From a virus (taxonomy: Duplodnaviria; Caudoviricetes), in the IMG/VR virus record IMGVR_UViG_3300023265_000002, positions 1 through 55,553 of that record: 55,553 nt of DNA. One strand, 5' to 3'. The notes under the pieces are model-generated. The model saw only the letters and a list, made by a program, of their open reading frames with translations. It had not been told where the DNA came from and ran no database searches. Position numbers and translations under genes: made by a program. This document shows, piece after piece, positions 1 to 8,040 of the stretch (its first letter is position 1; the number at the start of each line of letters is the position of its first letter).

Positions 1-127
1 CCCGGTCATGGAACACCCCGCGCCAGCGCGCAGGAGTGCGGTCGTTCAAGCAGGACGCCTCCGGGTTGAACTCGGGTAACCGAGTTCACGAGGTGGGGAA
101 ATCCGGGTATCGAATCCCGGTCGCACA
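1..127. repeat. 127-bp direct terminal repeat (copy 1); circular assembly overlap
   Basis: 1-127 is identical to 55427-55553; 127 nt is a common assembler k-mer length. Confidence 0.95.
36..127 (+). ncRNA. tRNA-like domain 1 (acceptor, D and T arms; anticodon arm replaced by a long GTAA-capped helix)
   Basis: GTGCGG/TCGCAC acceptor; CGTTC/GGACG D-like arm; CCGGG-TATCGAAT-CCCGG T-like arm; TGAACTCGG-GTAA-CCGAGTTCA helix. Confidence 0.6.
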
Positions 128-173
128 CGCAGTAGGTGAACGTGGCCCGTGAAGCCCTAGTAGCCGGCAAGCA

Positions 174-268
174 GGGCGACTGACATTGGACGTCGGCGCG
201 CTTAGTAGCGGGTAGTCACGCCCCCGCGAACCGCGCGCTGTTGCGGGGTTCGAGCCCCTGCTCGCTCG
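174..268 (+). ncRNA. tRNA-like domain 2 (no anticodon loop)
   Basis: GGGCGA/TCGCTC acceptor; TGAC-ATTGGAC-GTCG D arm with GG; GCGGGG-TTCGAGC-CCCTGC T arm; GCGCGC/GCGCGC extended central helix. Confidence 0.6.
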
Positions 269-623
269 CTGGTCGCAGACGATCGCGACCACGGAATCCA
301 TAACCTGCCACGTCAAGCGGGGGGCCGAGCACCGAAGGGCGCTCGCATCGAACCGCTAGGTGCAGGGGCGGATGGTTTGGGAACCGCTGGGTTGGGCCTG
401 ACGCAGATGGCCAGCGGCAGCACCGGGGGACGGAGTTGGCCCGGTGCACGGTGTGGCTTCGCCGTCAGCCTGTTCGCGGGCTCGCCGCGTTAGGTCACAC
501 CAGCTCGGCCGCCCGCCAAGCAGCGAGGGCCCTTGAGGCTCATCAAGCAACGGGGGCGGCCGAGCACCACAGGTTCCCCGCCCGCCAGCGGGACGACCTG
601 CCGCTGCATCGGCTGGTCGAGCA

Positions 624-656
624 GGGCCCCCTCGTTCGCTGCGACCGAGGGGGCCC
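624..656 (+). terminator. GC-rich hairpin terminator
   Basis: GGGCCCCCTCG...CGAGGGGGCCC. Confidence 0.7.
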
Positions 657-662
657 AACTAT

Positions 663-692
663 TTGACACCCCCCACGGTGGGGGGTTAAGGT
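663..692 (+). promoter_or_regulatory. Palindrome-spacer promoter/operator, leaderless
   Basis: TTGACA-CCCCCCACGGTGGGGGGT-TAAGGT, ATG 6 nt downstream. Confidence 0.85.
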
Positions 693-698
693 GAGCGC

Positions 699-947
699 AT
701 GACGAACGCAGACGACTTCCCCACCTTCTCCGGCGACCTGACCGAGGAGTACGCGCTCGCGCTGCTCATCGACCCGAACGGCCCGCAGGTCTACGCCGCG
801 GCCCGCGCAGCGCTCGCCCGTCCGGTGACCTACGCCGCCCCGCGCCAGTCCACCCGCCCCGCGGCCTCCCCGGTCGGCGGCCTCCGCTTCACCGGCATGA
901 CGCACGACGGCCTGGCCTGCTACTCCGGCCCGGTCGTGGGAATCTGA
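699..947 (+). CDS. hypothetical protein (leaderless, MTN start)
   Basis: ORF with GC3-biased codons directly after the promoter. Confidence 0.8.
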   Translation: MTNADDFPTFSGDLTEEYALALLIDPNGPQVYAAARAALARPVTYAAPRQSTRPAASPVGGLRFTGMTHDGLACYSGPVVGI

Positions 948-1126
948 TGTTCACCCCGCGAGCAGGCGCTGACCTGCCTTACGTGATGATCGCCGACGAC
1001 GGCAGCGAGTGGGTCAACCACAACGACCCGGACCAGACGGTCGACTTGATCGGCGGCGACCCGGAAGACACGTCGACCCTGGGCATCCTCGAGGCGCACG
1101 GCTACCTGTTCCGGAACGCGTCGTGA
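947..1126 (+). CDS. hypothetical protein (59 aa, not in ORF track)
   Basis: TGATG overlap with the upstream gene; MFTPRAGADLPYVMIADDGSEW... Confidence 0.7.
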   Translation: MFTPRAGADLPYVMIADDGSEWVNHNDPDQTVDLIGGDPEDTSTLGILEAHGYLFRNAS

Positions 1127-1329
1127 CCAGCTCGCCGGTCGTCCGGCACTTCCCGCTGCGCGACGGCGGGACCGACATGACCGTGACGCTGCACGGGGAC
1201 GGCACGGTCTGGGTGGGGGACTCATGGGACAACTTGGTCCAGCTCGAGGGGGACCGCCTGCACGCGCTGGCGGACGCGCTGCTCGCGGTGCACGTGTTCC
1301 GCGGGCGTCAAGCGGGCACGAAGCGGTGA
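1123..1329 (+). CDS. hypothetical protein
   Basis: GTGA overlap; typical codon usage. Confidence 0.7.
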   Translation: MTSSPVVRHFPLRDGGTDMTVTLHGDGTVWVGDSWDNLVQLEGDRLHALADALLAVHVFRGRQAGTKR

Positions 1330-1433
1330 GGGAGTTCCTCAAGGCCGTGGCCGTCGTCTGTGCCGCGGTGACCTGTGCGCTGGTGGTGGGTGTCGCGCTG
1401 CTCGTGATCCTGCTGCAGCTCCGATGGATCTAG
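1326..1433 (+). CDS. small membrane protein
   Basis: GTGA overlap; single hydrophobic helix. Confidence 0.6.
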   Translation: MREFLKAVAVVCAAVTCALVVGVALLVILLQLRWI

Positions 1434-1447
1434 CGGTCCGGTGCGCC

Positions 1448-1888
1448 GTGCGGGTGACCCGCTTCCTGCACGCGCTGCTGTACGGCGTCGGCCTGACGAT
1501 GATGTTCGCGCGGCTGTGGGCGCAGGTGGCGGCCTCGCGGTACTGGCTTCCCGAGTGGCACGCGCCCGTCATGGTGGCGTTCTGCTCGGTCGTGCTGGTG
1601 GCGTGCCTGGCCTACGCCAGTTGCGTACCCCCCACGATGGGGGGTACAGTCCGCGGTAGCAAGACACCCGCAACCCAGGAGGCACCCCGTGGACACGCTC
1701 GTCGGCTGGCTCATGATCGGCGGAACACTCTGGCTGTCGTGGCCCGGCTTCACTACCGGACGCCAGCGCGTCGCGCTCGTCGCCCTGGTGCTGCTCGTCC
1801 CGCTCGTCTCCTGGGTGTGGACCATTACGCGGGGCGTTCGCGCACGTCGCGCACAAGCCGCAGACCGGCGGCTCGCCCAGCTCCGTGA
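1448..1888 (+). CDS. membrane protein (2 TM); 3' end runs through the next promoter cassette
   Basis: Hydrophobic N-terminus with good codon usage; C-terminus overlaps the operator and the next gene. Confidence 0.45.
   Translation: MRVTRFLHALLYGVGLTMMFARLWAQVAASRYWLPEWHAPVMVAFCSVVLVACLAYASCVPPTMGGTVRGSKTPATQEAPRGHARRLAHDRRNTLAVVARLHYRTPARRARRPGAARPARLLGVDHYAGRSRTSRTSRRPAARPAP
1621..1650 (+). promoter_or_regulatory. Palindrome-spacer promoter/operator
   Basis: TTGCGT-ACCCCCCACGATGGGGGG-TACAGT. Confidence 0.8.
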
Positions 1889-2054
1889 GCAGTCCGTGCA
1901 GCGAGCGCGGGACATCACCTACTGGCGCGAGCAGCGCGCCGTCGCCATCACCCTCGGCGCAGCGCGAGACCAGGCCGTCGCCGAGGACGTGCTCGACGCG
2001 CTCGGCGCAACCTACCGTCAACCCAGTAGCCCTACCCCCCATCATGGGTGGTAG
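1689..2054 (+). CDS. membrane protein
   Basis: RBS AGGAGG, GTG start, two TM segments. Confidence 0.8.
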   Translation: MDTLVGWLMIGGTLWLSWPGFTTGRQRVALVALVLLVPLVSWVWTITRGVRARRAQAADRRLAQLREQSVQRARDITYWREQRAVAITLGAARDQAVAEDVLDALGATYRQPSSPTPHHGW

Positions 2055-2057
2055 GGT
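2030..2057 (+). promoter_or_regulatory. Degenerate palindrome operator/promoter
   Basis: CCCTACCCCCCATCATGGGTGGTAGGGT; -10 TAGGGT, weak -35. Confidence 0.55.
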
Positions 2058-2081
2058 GTCGCTACCCCGAAAGGACCCGAC

Positions 2082-2186
2082 GTGTTGCAGCACGCAGCCC
2101 CGAGGAAGGGCTGCTTCGGCTCCATCGCGACCGCCCTCGCCGCCGTCCTCGTGACGTTCGGCCTCATCCGGAAGGCACTCCGGTGA
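2082..2186 (+). CDS. small membrane protein (34 aa, not in ORF track)
   Basis: RBS GAAAGGA, GTG; MLQHAAPRKGCFGSIATALAAVLVTFGLIRKALR; stop overlaps the next start. Confidence 0.6.
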   Translation: MLQHAAPRKGCFGSIATALAAVLVTFGLIRKALR

Positions 2187-2368
2187 CCACCAAACCGATC
2201 AAGCGCAGCACCGTTGCGGAGCCGCTCGCCGTGCTCGTGCTGCTGGGCGGGCTCAGCGCCTCGCTCATCCTGTCCGGCTGGCTTCCGCTGTGGGGCAGCG
2301 TCGCCGTCGCGAGCTTCCCGCTGGCGCTGGCCGTCGCCGGGTTCCGCACCGTGGCGCGTGTCCGGTGA
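2183..2368 (+). CDS. small membrane protein
   Basis: GTGA overlap; two hydrophobic helices. Confidence 0.7.
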   Translation: MTTKPIKRSTVAEPLAVLVLLGGLSASLILSGWLPLWGSVAVASFPLALAVAGFRTVARVR

Positions 2369-3321
2369 GCATCCACGACAAGATCCTCCGCGCGCTCGAC
2401 GTGCTGACGTTCCTCTTCCTGGCCTTCCTGATGGTCACGGGCGCTCGCCGCCTGTGGATCGAGGACGGCCCGATCAGCCTGTTCGTGCTGCTCGTCGTGT
2501 CCGTGGTGCTGTACCTGCTGGCGGACTACACCGTCCTGCAGTACCGGCGCTGGCAGCACGGCCGGAGCCGCGACCGGTGCGAGCACGAGCGCGCGCTGCA
2601 GGAGGCGCTCTACCTGCTCGAGTGCCACATCGACACCGACCTCGGCGAGTGCCGCGTCGACCTGTTCGGCGAGTGCTCCGCGCACTGGCCGAGGGACGCG
2701 CACGGCAACTGCGCCTACCCGCAGGCGAAAGCCCTGCTCGACCGATACCCCGTGGAGGCCACGCCCGATGTCCAATCCGCCGACTCCCCCGAACGACCCG
2801 CCCCCGCCGGACCTGATGGACAAGGTCCAGAAGCGCCTGCGCGAGGAGCTGGACAAGCCGAAGCCGCCGAAGCGGTAGAGCGCAAGTTCGTCCGCTGGTC
2901 GGGGACGCTCGGCATGGTGGAGCAGCCCAGCGTCGACCGGCGCAAGCTGGTGCGTCCGGAGATGTTCCTCGGCTACCGCGAAACCCCTCTGCCGATCACG
3001 GTGCGCGACAGCGAGGGGATGACGCAGGTCGGCGGCACCATCCTGGGTGTCGGCCTCCTCGAGGAGCACATCGTCGCGCACGGGGTGCTGCGCGTGGACT
3101 ACCTGACCGAGCACTGCCCGGAACTCCTCGAGCGCCTACTGCGCGGCGAGGCCGCCGCGGTCGGCCTCGAGGTGACGGCGGTCGACGGCGACTACACCTA
3201 CGGCGACGACGCGAGCCTGACGTTCCACACGTGGACCATCCGCGGTGCGCTGCTCGGCGTGGACAAGGCCGCATGGCCGGAGGCACAGATCCGACTCGAT
3301 GCAGAGGAGATCCGTTCATGA
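2365..3321 (+). CDS. membrane-anchored protein with C-terminal prohead-protease-like domain
   Basis: 2 TM at the N-terminus; C-terminal motifs resemble the N-domain of 16449-18860. Confidence 0.7.
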   Translation: MSIHDKILRALDVLTFLFLAFLMVTGARRLWIEDGPISLFVLLVVSVVLYLLADYTVLQYRRWQHGRSRDRCEHERALQEALYLLECHIDTDLGECRVDLFGECSAHWPRDAHGNCAYPQAKALLDRYPVEATPDVQSADSPERPAPAGPDGQGPEAPARGAGQAEAAEAVERKFVRWSGTLGMVEQPSVDRRKLVRPEMFLGYRETPLPITVRDSEGMTQVGGTILGVGLLEEHIVAHGVLRVDYLTEHCPELLERLLRGEAAAVGLEVTAVDGDYTYGDDASLTFHTWTIRGALLGVDKAAWPEAQIRLDAEEIRS

Positions 3322-3722
3322 TCGACTACCACAAGGGTGACACGCTCACCGTGTCCACACCCGACGGCACGAAGCAGGTCTTTCAGGTGATGGCCGTCCA
3401 GCGTGACGACGTCCGCCCCGACGCCCTGACGGTTGCGCTGCAGCGCGTTCAGGACACGCCCGTCGTCGGGGTGCCGACCACGCTCGCCGAAGCGCTCACG
3501 GCGGCCTCAGTCCCATCCGTGGCCGTCGCACCGCTGGCGGAGAAGCTCGCCGCCTACCGCGTGCACCCCTCCCCCGCCGAGAGCCCCAGCGCCGTCAGCG
3601 TGGAGCACGAGCCGTGCACCTGGTATTCGACGGTCGACGGCTACCCCGAAGGCTGCTCGCTGCCGCACCTGCTGGCGCTCGCCCTCGAGCACCACCTGAC
3701 CGGATGCAAGGTGCCGCGATGA
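3318..3722 (+). CDS. hypothetical protein
   Basis: RBS GAGGAG, ATGA overlap. Confidence 0.75.
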   Translation: MIDYHKGDTLTVSTPDGTKQVFQVMAVQRDDVRPDALTVALQRVQDTPVVGVPTTLAEALTAASVPSVAVAPLAEKLAAYRVHPSPAESPSAVSVEHEPCTWYSTVDGYPEGCSLPHLLALALEHHLTGCKVPR

Positions 3723-4351
3723 GGGAGGGCGTCCGGCTCGCCGACGTGCGTCACCCGATCAAGGTCGCCGCCGAGCTGCCGACCGAACCGGCCATGCCAC
3801 CGACGGGGGTCGCCGACCACCGGCCCCACCAGATCGGCACCCATGACGCCGAGGGGTTCCGCACCCACTCCATCCCCGGAGACGTTTGCCTGGGCTGCTC
3901 GGACCCCGGCGCTGGACGGTGGGTGCCGATCTCCCAGTGTCCTCGAGCGCTGGCCGTGCTGGACGGCGAGGGCACCCTGTCCATCCCGGAGTCCCTCGCC
4001 ATCCCAGCACGGTTCGCCGAGCCGGACGTGACCGATTTCGACACCGACGCCCGCCCGCCTGGCGTACCCCTGCCGGAGTCGCTGGGCGGGGTGCCCGACT
4101 GGATCGAGGAGCACGGGCGGGAGATCGACGACCACCTGCGCGACATGCGGCAGGGGCTGGTCACCGTGCTCGCCGAGCTGGACCAGATCGGCGAGTCGAC
4201 GCAGGCGCTACTGTCCTCGCGCCTGTACTGGGTGGAGTTCACCGAGACGGCGGACGGCCCCGACTTCGCGACCGAGTTGGCGAATGTGGCCACGAAGGCG
4301 CGGCACCTGCAGCGCATCCTCGCCGCGGCCGAGGGGCGGTCGTCCTCGTGA
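3719..4351 (+). CDS. hypothetical protein
   Basis: ATGA overlap; CxxC...C motif. Confidence 0.75.
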   Translation: MREGVRLADVRHPIKVAAELPTEPAMPPTGVADHRPHQIGTHDAEGFRTHSIPGDVCLGCSDPGAGRWVPISQCPRALAVLDGEGTLSIPESLAIPARFAEPDVTDFDTDARPPGVPLPESLGGVPDWIEEHGREIDDHLRDMRQGLVTVLAELDQIGESTQALLSSRLYWVEFTETADGPDFATELANVATKARHLQRILAAAEGRSSS

Positions 4352-4923
4352 GCTGGTCGCGCCGGGACCGGGCGAAGTTCGACCGGTGGACGGACGCGGT
4401 GTTCCGGGCGGCGGAGGCGCGCGAGCGCACTGCCACCTGGTCGCGTCACGTGGTCACCCGCGACGGCAACGTCCGACCGCTGCTGCACGCGGACTTCGTC
4501 CCGGTGGACGGGCAGGTCTTCTGGGTGGGCGACTACCCCAGGCAGCGCGTCAACAACTGGATGACGTGGTCGCCCCCGTCGGTCGGCATCCGCGAGGACA
4601 GGTTCGTCCATCCGAGCTGGGCTCGTCCGGGCCCGGCACCACTCACGAAGAGGGCGAAGCGAGGTCGGCCCGTGCCCAGTACCCAGCTCAAGCGAGCGGC
4701 GCGCCGGTATCAGCAGGAGCACGGCGTGCCCTACACGGCTGCTCTGCGCGCCGTGCGCGAGCGAGGCCAGGTTCAGCAGGAGACGAGAGGAGCAGCACCG
4801 ATGAAGATCAACACCCCGCTCCGGATGTCCGGCGGCAAAGAGGACGAGGGAACCGCGGACGCCCGCAAGGAACTCGAGAAGATGGTCGACGCCGAGGAGA
4901 AGAAACAGGGGGGCGGCAAGTGA
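4348..4923 (+). CDS. hypothetical protein (possible internal start at 4801)
   Basis: GTGA overlap; basic helical motif LKRAARRYQQEHGVPYTAALRAV; second RBS GAGAGGAG before ATG 4801. Confidence 0.65.
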   Translation: MSWSRRDRAKFDRWTDAVFRAAEARERTATWSRHVVTRDGNVRPLLHADFVPVDGQVFWVGDYPRQRVNNWMTWSPPSVGIREDRFVHPSWARPGPAPLTKRAKRGRPVPSTQLKRAARRYQQEHGVPYTAALRAVRERGQVQQETRGAAPMKINTPLRMSGGKEDEGTADARKELEKMVDAEEKKQGGGK

Positions 4924-5570
4924 ACGACGCGCAGCGCACCATCGAGCACATCAGCGGCACGCGAGGCCAGCACGAGCACCTGGACGACCTGCTCGGCGAG
5001 CTGTGGCCCGACCACGACGGCACGGGCTCCGCAGTCCCGGAGCTGCTCTCCGAGTACCGGGGTGCCGCGGGACGGTGGGAGGTCCGCGTGCACCAGGTCT
5101 ACCGGTTCCCCGACGACAGCCTCGCCGACCTCGCCCAGTCCGTGCCGCTCGGCCCCGACGGCAACGACGTGCAGCCCCAGTGCGCCGGCACCGTGGTCTA
5201 CGCCGTCGCCCGCCAGGTCGTCGAGTACCTGACCGGCGACCAGCGCAACGCCCTCGGCCTCCTCGAGCGCAAGGACTACCGCCAGCCCGTCGACCACGCC
5301 ACCGAGTGGGCCCTCGGCTACTGGCGCGCCGGGCAGCGCGTCACCCTCGAGAGCATCGGCAGTGGCGACCACGCCGAGAGGCTCGCCCGCGGCTACCACG
5401 CCAAGCAGGCCGACCCGACACAGCTCGCCCTCACCACCTGGGAGCGAGTCACCCTCGAGGCACGCGACGTCTACCTCGCCCCGTGGCACACCATCGACAC
5501 CCCCACCACGGGGACCAGCACCGACCAGCCCAGCACCAGCAGCACCCCTCAAACCACGGGGCAAAAGTAG
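4920..5570 (+). CDS. hypothetical protein
   Basis: GTGA overlap; GC3 bias. Confidence 0.75.
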   Translation: MNDAQRTIEHISGTRGQHEHLDDLLGELWPDHDGTGSAVPELLSEYRGAAGRWEVRVHQVYRFPDDSLADLAQSVPLGPDGNDVQPQCAGTVVYAVARQVVEYLTGDQRNALGLLERKDYRQPVDHATEWALGYWRAGQRVTLESIGSGDHAERLARGYHAKQADPTQLALTTWERVTLEARDVYLAPWHTIDTPTTGTSTDQPSTSSTPQTTGQK

Positions 5571-5660
5571 ACGACCACCAGTGGGAACGCCCGCTGACCT
5601 GCGGCCGAGGTGTTGGGGGCTGGACCCCTGACCCCTCGGCCGTTTGGTTGGGCCCCAGAT

Positions 5661-5689
5661 TTGACACCCCCCATCATGGGGGGTAAGGT
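5661..5689 (+). promoter_or_regulatory. Palindrome-spacer promoter/operator, leaderless
   Basis: TTGACA-CCCCCCATCATGGGGGG-TAAGGT; ATG at 5697. Confidence 0.85.
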
Positions 5690-5696
5690 CACTCCC

Positions 5697-7172
5697 ATGA
5701 CGAACAAGGGAGCAACGGTGAAGCTGACCGAGAAGCAGCGCGAGACCATCGACCGCCTGGCGGGCACCCACGGGCAGGGCTACGTCGGGCTGACCTTCGT
5801 CCGACCGAACACGTGGCGTTCGCTCGTCGGCGCTGGCCTCGTGCAGGAATCCAGCAGCGTGCCCGGCATGTTCAAGCTGACCGAGCAGGGCTACGCGGCC
5901 GCCGGTATCAAGCCCACCTACGACGGCAACATCCGCTCCGCCGAGGGTTCCGCCCGGCTCGAGCACCTGCGTCGCGGCAACGACTCGGCCATGCGCACCG
6001 CGGAGGCCGCGCACCTCCGCGACTCGCAGGTGCTGACGGACTCCCACGGCACGCGCATCGGCGTACTGGGCACGGAGCTGGTGAACGGGCGCACGCGGCT
6101 CTGGACCGTCGACCTCGCCCAGCCGACCATGTCGCCCCTGTGGGTGGACGCGACCCCAGAGATGATGGACATCCTGTTCGTCGCCGAGGGGTGGGCCCGA
6201 CCGCTGTTCATGCGACGCAGCGACTCAGCCCTGCTGTTCCGTGTGCTCGGCAGCGACAGCGAGGGCGTGAACCTGGTGGCTGTGAACGACGAGCGCTACG
6301 AGCTGCACCGCGAGCTGAGCGCGCTGGTCGAGGACGGCTGGATCGCGACCGACCACAACGGCAACGCGCAGGCGCGTCCGGCCGAGACGGACGTCGCCGA
6401 CATCCTGCACCTGATCGACAACCCGCCCACCGTCCGCGAGCTGGACCAGCGCCGGACCGACGAAGCGCTAGAGGGTGTGGTCGAGTCGGACGACGGCCAC
6501 GTGCTGATCGGTGAAGTGCCCCGCGGGCTCGACACGTTCTACTGGGTGGTGCCGGTCGCAGGCGAGCGGCTGACCGACCGGCACGACGTGCTGGGGCCGT
6601 ACGCCACGCTGGACATGGCCGAGTGGAAGCGGGACCAGTACGTCGCCGCGGGCTACCCCTGCAGGGCTCTCGCGTCCGTGACCCGCCCGACCCTGGTCGC
6701 GGTCCCCGCGCAGCCTGCACCGCCGTTCGCCCAGGGCGACACGGTGCTGCAGCTCGACGGGACTCCGGCCGAGGTGTTCGAGGTCGTCGGCGAAACCACG
6801 GTCACCGTGCGCACCGCCGACGGCGAGCTGTGGGAGCACGAGGCCGACGAGCTGTCGCCGCTCGACCCGGACGACCCGCGCGGCCGACCGAAGACGCCCG
6901 CCGAGCTGGCCGAAGACGCCCGCGGCCTCGAGCAGCAGCGCCTCGAGGCCGCCCGGAACTCGACCGACCCGACCGTCCGCGCGTTCTACGGGGTCGACCA
7001 GCCGCGGTGCAGCGAGCACGATGCCTCGTGCGCCGACGGCTGCACCCACCAGCACCGACCGGCGGAACACCGTGTGGTCACGATGACGCTGGCCGAGTAC
7101 ATCGCCAGCGTCGCCGCCACCGTGTCCGCCGTCCGTCGCGCGGCCATGCTGCAGGAGCGCGCCGGATGCTGA
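5697..7172 (+). CDS. multidomain hypothetical protein (N-terminal winged-helix-like, SH3-like segment)
   Basis: MTN start; KLTEKQRET...LVGAGLV...KLTEQG wHTH-like pattern; PFAQGDTV...DELSPL SH3-like pattern. Confidence 0.8.
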   Translation: MTNKGATVKLTEKQRETIDRLAGTHGQGYVGLTFVRPNTWRSLVGAGLVQESSSVPGMFKLTEQGYAAAGIKPTYDGNIRSAEGSARLEHLRRGNDSAMRTAEAAHLRDSQVLTDSHGTRIGVLGTELVNGRTRLWTVDLAQPTMSPLWVDATPEMMDILFVAEGWARPLFMRRSDSALLFRVLGSDSEGVNLVAVNDERYELHRELSALVEDGWIATDHNGNAQARPAETDVADILHLIDNPPTVRELDQRRTDEALEGVVESDDGHVLIGEVPRGLDTFYWVVPVAGERLTDRHDVLGPYATLDMAEWKRDQYVAAGYPCRALASVTRPTLVAVPAQPAPPFAQGDTVLQLDGTPAEVFEVVGETTVTVRTADGELWEHEADELSPLDPDDPRGRPKTPAELAEDARGLEQQRLEAARNSTDPTVRAFYGVDQPRCSEHDASCADGCTHQHRPAEHRVVTMTLAEYIASVAATVSAVRRAAMLQERAGC

Positions 7173-7267
7173 CCGTGCTGCTCGGCCTCGTCGCCCCCGT
7201 CCTGTCGGGGGCGACGCTCGGCCGCGAACTCCGTCTGTGGTGGAAGACCCGAAGGGACTGGACATGA
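7166..7267 (+). CDS. small membrane protein
   Basis: RBS GGAG; hydrophobic N-terminus; overlaps both neighbours. Confidence 0.5.
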   Translation: MLTVLLGLVAPVLSGATLGRELRLWWKTRRDWT

Positions 7268-7533
7268 CGCAGGTCAGCGCGACGTTCTCGATCGCGGGCA
7301 GTGGCTACGCCGAGGGCGAGCTGAACGTCGACCCGGCGCGCATGTCGCCCGCGTACGTGGCCGAGGTGATCGCTAACCGCCTGTGGCCTGGGGTGACCTT
7401 GTGCCACCAGTGCGACGGCGAGATCAGCGACCCGGAGATGACCGAGGTCACGAGCTTCACCATCGGCGACAAGACCTGGTCATCGCGCACCGACCCGGCG
7501 ACGGGCGTCACCGACTGGTTCCTCGAGCCGTGA
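7264..7533 (+). CDS. hypothetical protein
   Basis: ATGA overlap; CHQC motif. Confidence 0.75.
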   Translation: MTQVSATFSIAGSGYAEGELNVDPARMSPAYVAEVIANRLWPGVTLCHQCDGEISDPEMTEVTSFTIGDKTWSSRTDPATGVTDWFLEP

Positions 7534-7904
7534 GCGGCTACTTCGACCCGCTGGGCGACGTGCTGCCGGACTGGCTGATTGCCCAGATGAACGAGGCGCT
7601 CACGGGCGCGACGTTCCACAGCAAGGGGCACGAGGGCGAGCCCGTGTTCCTCGCTGGCGTGCGGGCCCTGGTGCAGCGGGTGGTGCTCCGGCAGGACGCT
7701 GGTCAGCGTGAGGCCGAACTCGTCGAGCGCCAGCGTGCGGAGTTCGCGCGGCACCAGGAGGAGATGCGGGAGGTCACGCGCAGGGCCCGCGAGGAGGTCG
7801 CCGCGGAGCTGGTGGCGCTCGCCCGCGCACGCTCTCTGCTGGACGTCCGGCGCAAGACGGTCCGGATGGAAGACCTGCGGGAGGCTCTCGACCCCCAGGG
7901 ATAG
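7530..7904 (+). CDS. hypothetical coiled-coil protein
   Basis: GTGA overlap. Confidence 0.75.
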   Translation: MSGYFDPLGDVLPDWLIAQMNEALTGATFHSKGHEGEPVFLAGVRALVQRVVLRQDAGQREAELVERQRAEFARHQEEMREVTRRAREEVAAELVALARARSLLDVRRKTVRMEDLREALDPQG

Positions 7905-7910
7905 GGGGTG

Positions 7911-7953
7911 TGGTCGGGGCGCTGCCCACTGGAGATGCGCAGCGCCCCGACCA
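7911..7953 (+). terminator. hairpin terminator
   Basis: TGGTCGGGGCGCTGC...GCAGCGCCCCGACCA. Confidence 0.7.
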
Positions 7954-8004
7954 GGTAGAAGTCTCGACCTCTCACCGACCGGAGAACCGCCAGTGCCTAC
8001 CGAT

Positions 8005-8033
8005 TTGACACCCCCCACCGTGGGGGGTACGGT
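8005..8033 (+). promoter_or_regulatory. Palindrome-spacer promoter/operator, leaderless
   Basis: TTGACA-CCCCCCACCGTGGGGGG-TACGGT; ATG at 8041. Confidence 0.85.
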
Positions 8034-8040
8034 TACCCAC

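Larger units (their letters stand above)
1..656 (+). ncRNA. 3' part of a large structured ncRNA (about 720 nt, starting near 55367 and crossing the circular junction)
   Basis: No credible ORF; many long helices (503-514/554-565, 420-427/440-447, 450-458/493-501, 366-385/572-583, 140-146/307-313); UUCG and GNRA tetraloops; promoter at 55333-55361 and terminator at 624-656. Confidence 0.7.

Noticed and set aside
1-656. Group I/II intron, tmRNA or RNase P identity for the large RNA
   Set aside because: No interrupted gene, no recognisable domain V or P7 core, no tmRNA GGGG..TCCACCA ends or tag ORF, and no RNase P P4 consensus by eye; needs cmscan to exclude formally
86-666. ORF-track ORFs within 86-666
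   Set aside because: No RBS, Arg/Pro/Gly-rich composition and no GC3 bias; typical spurious ORFs
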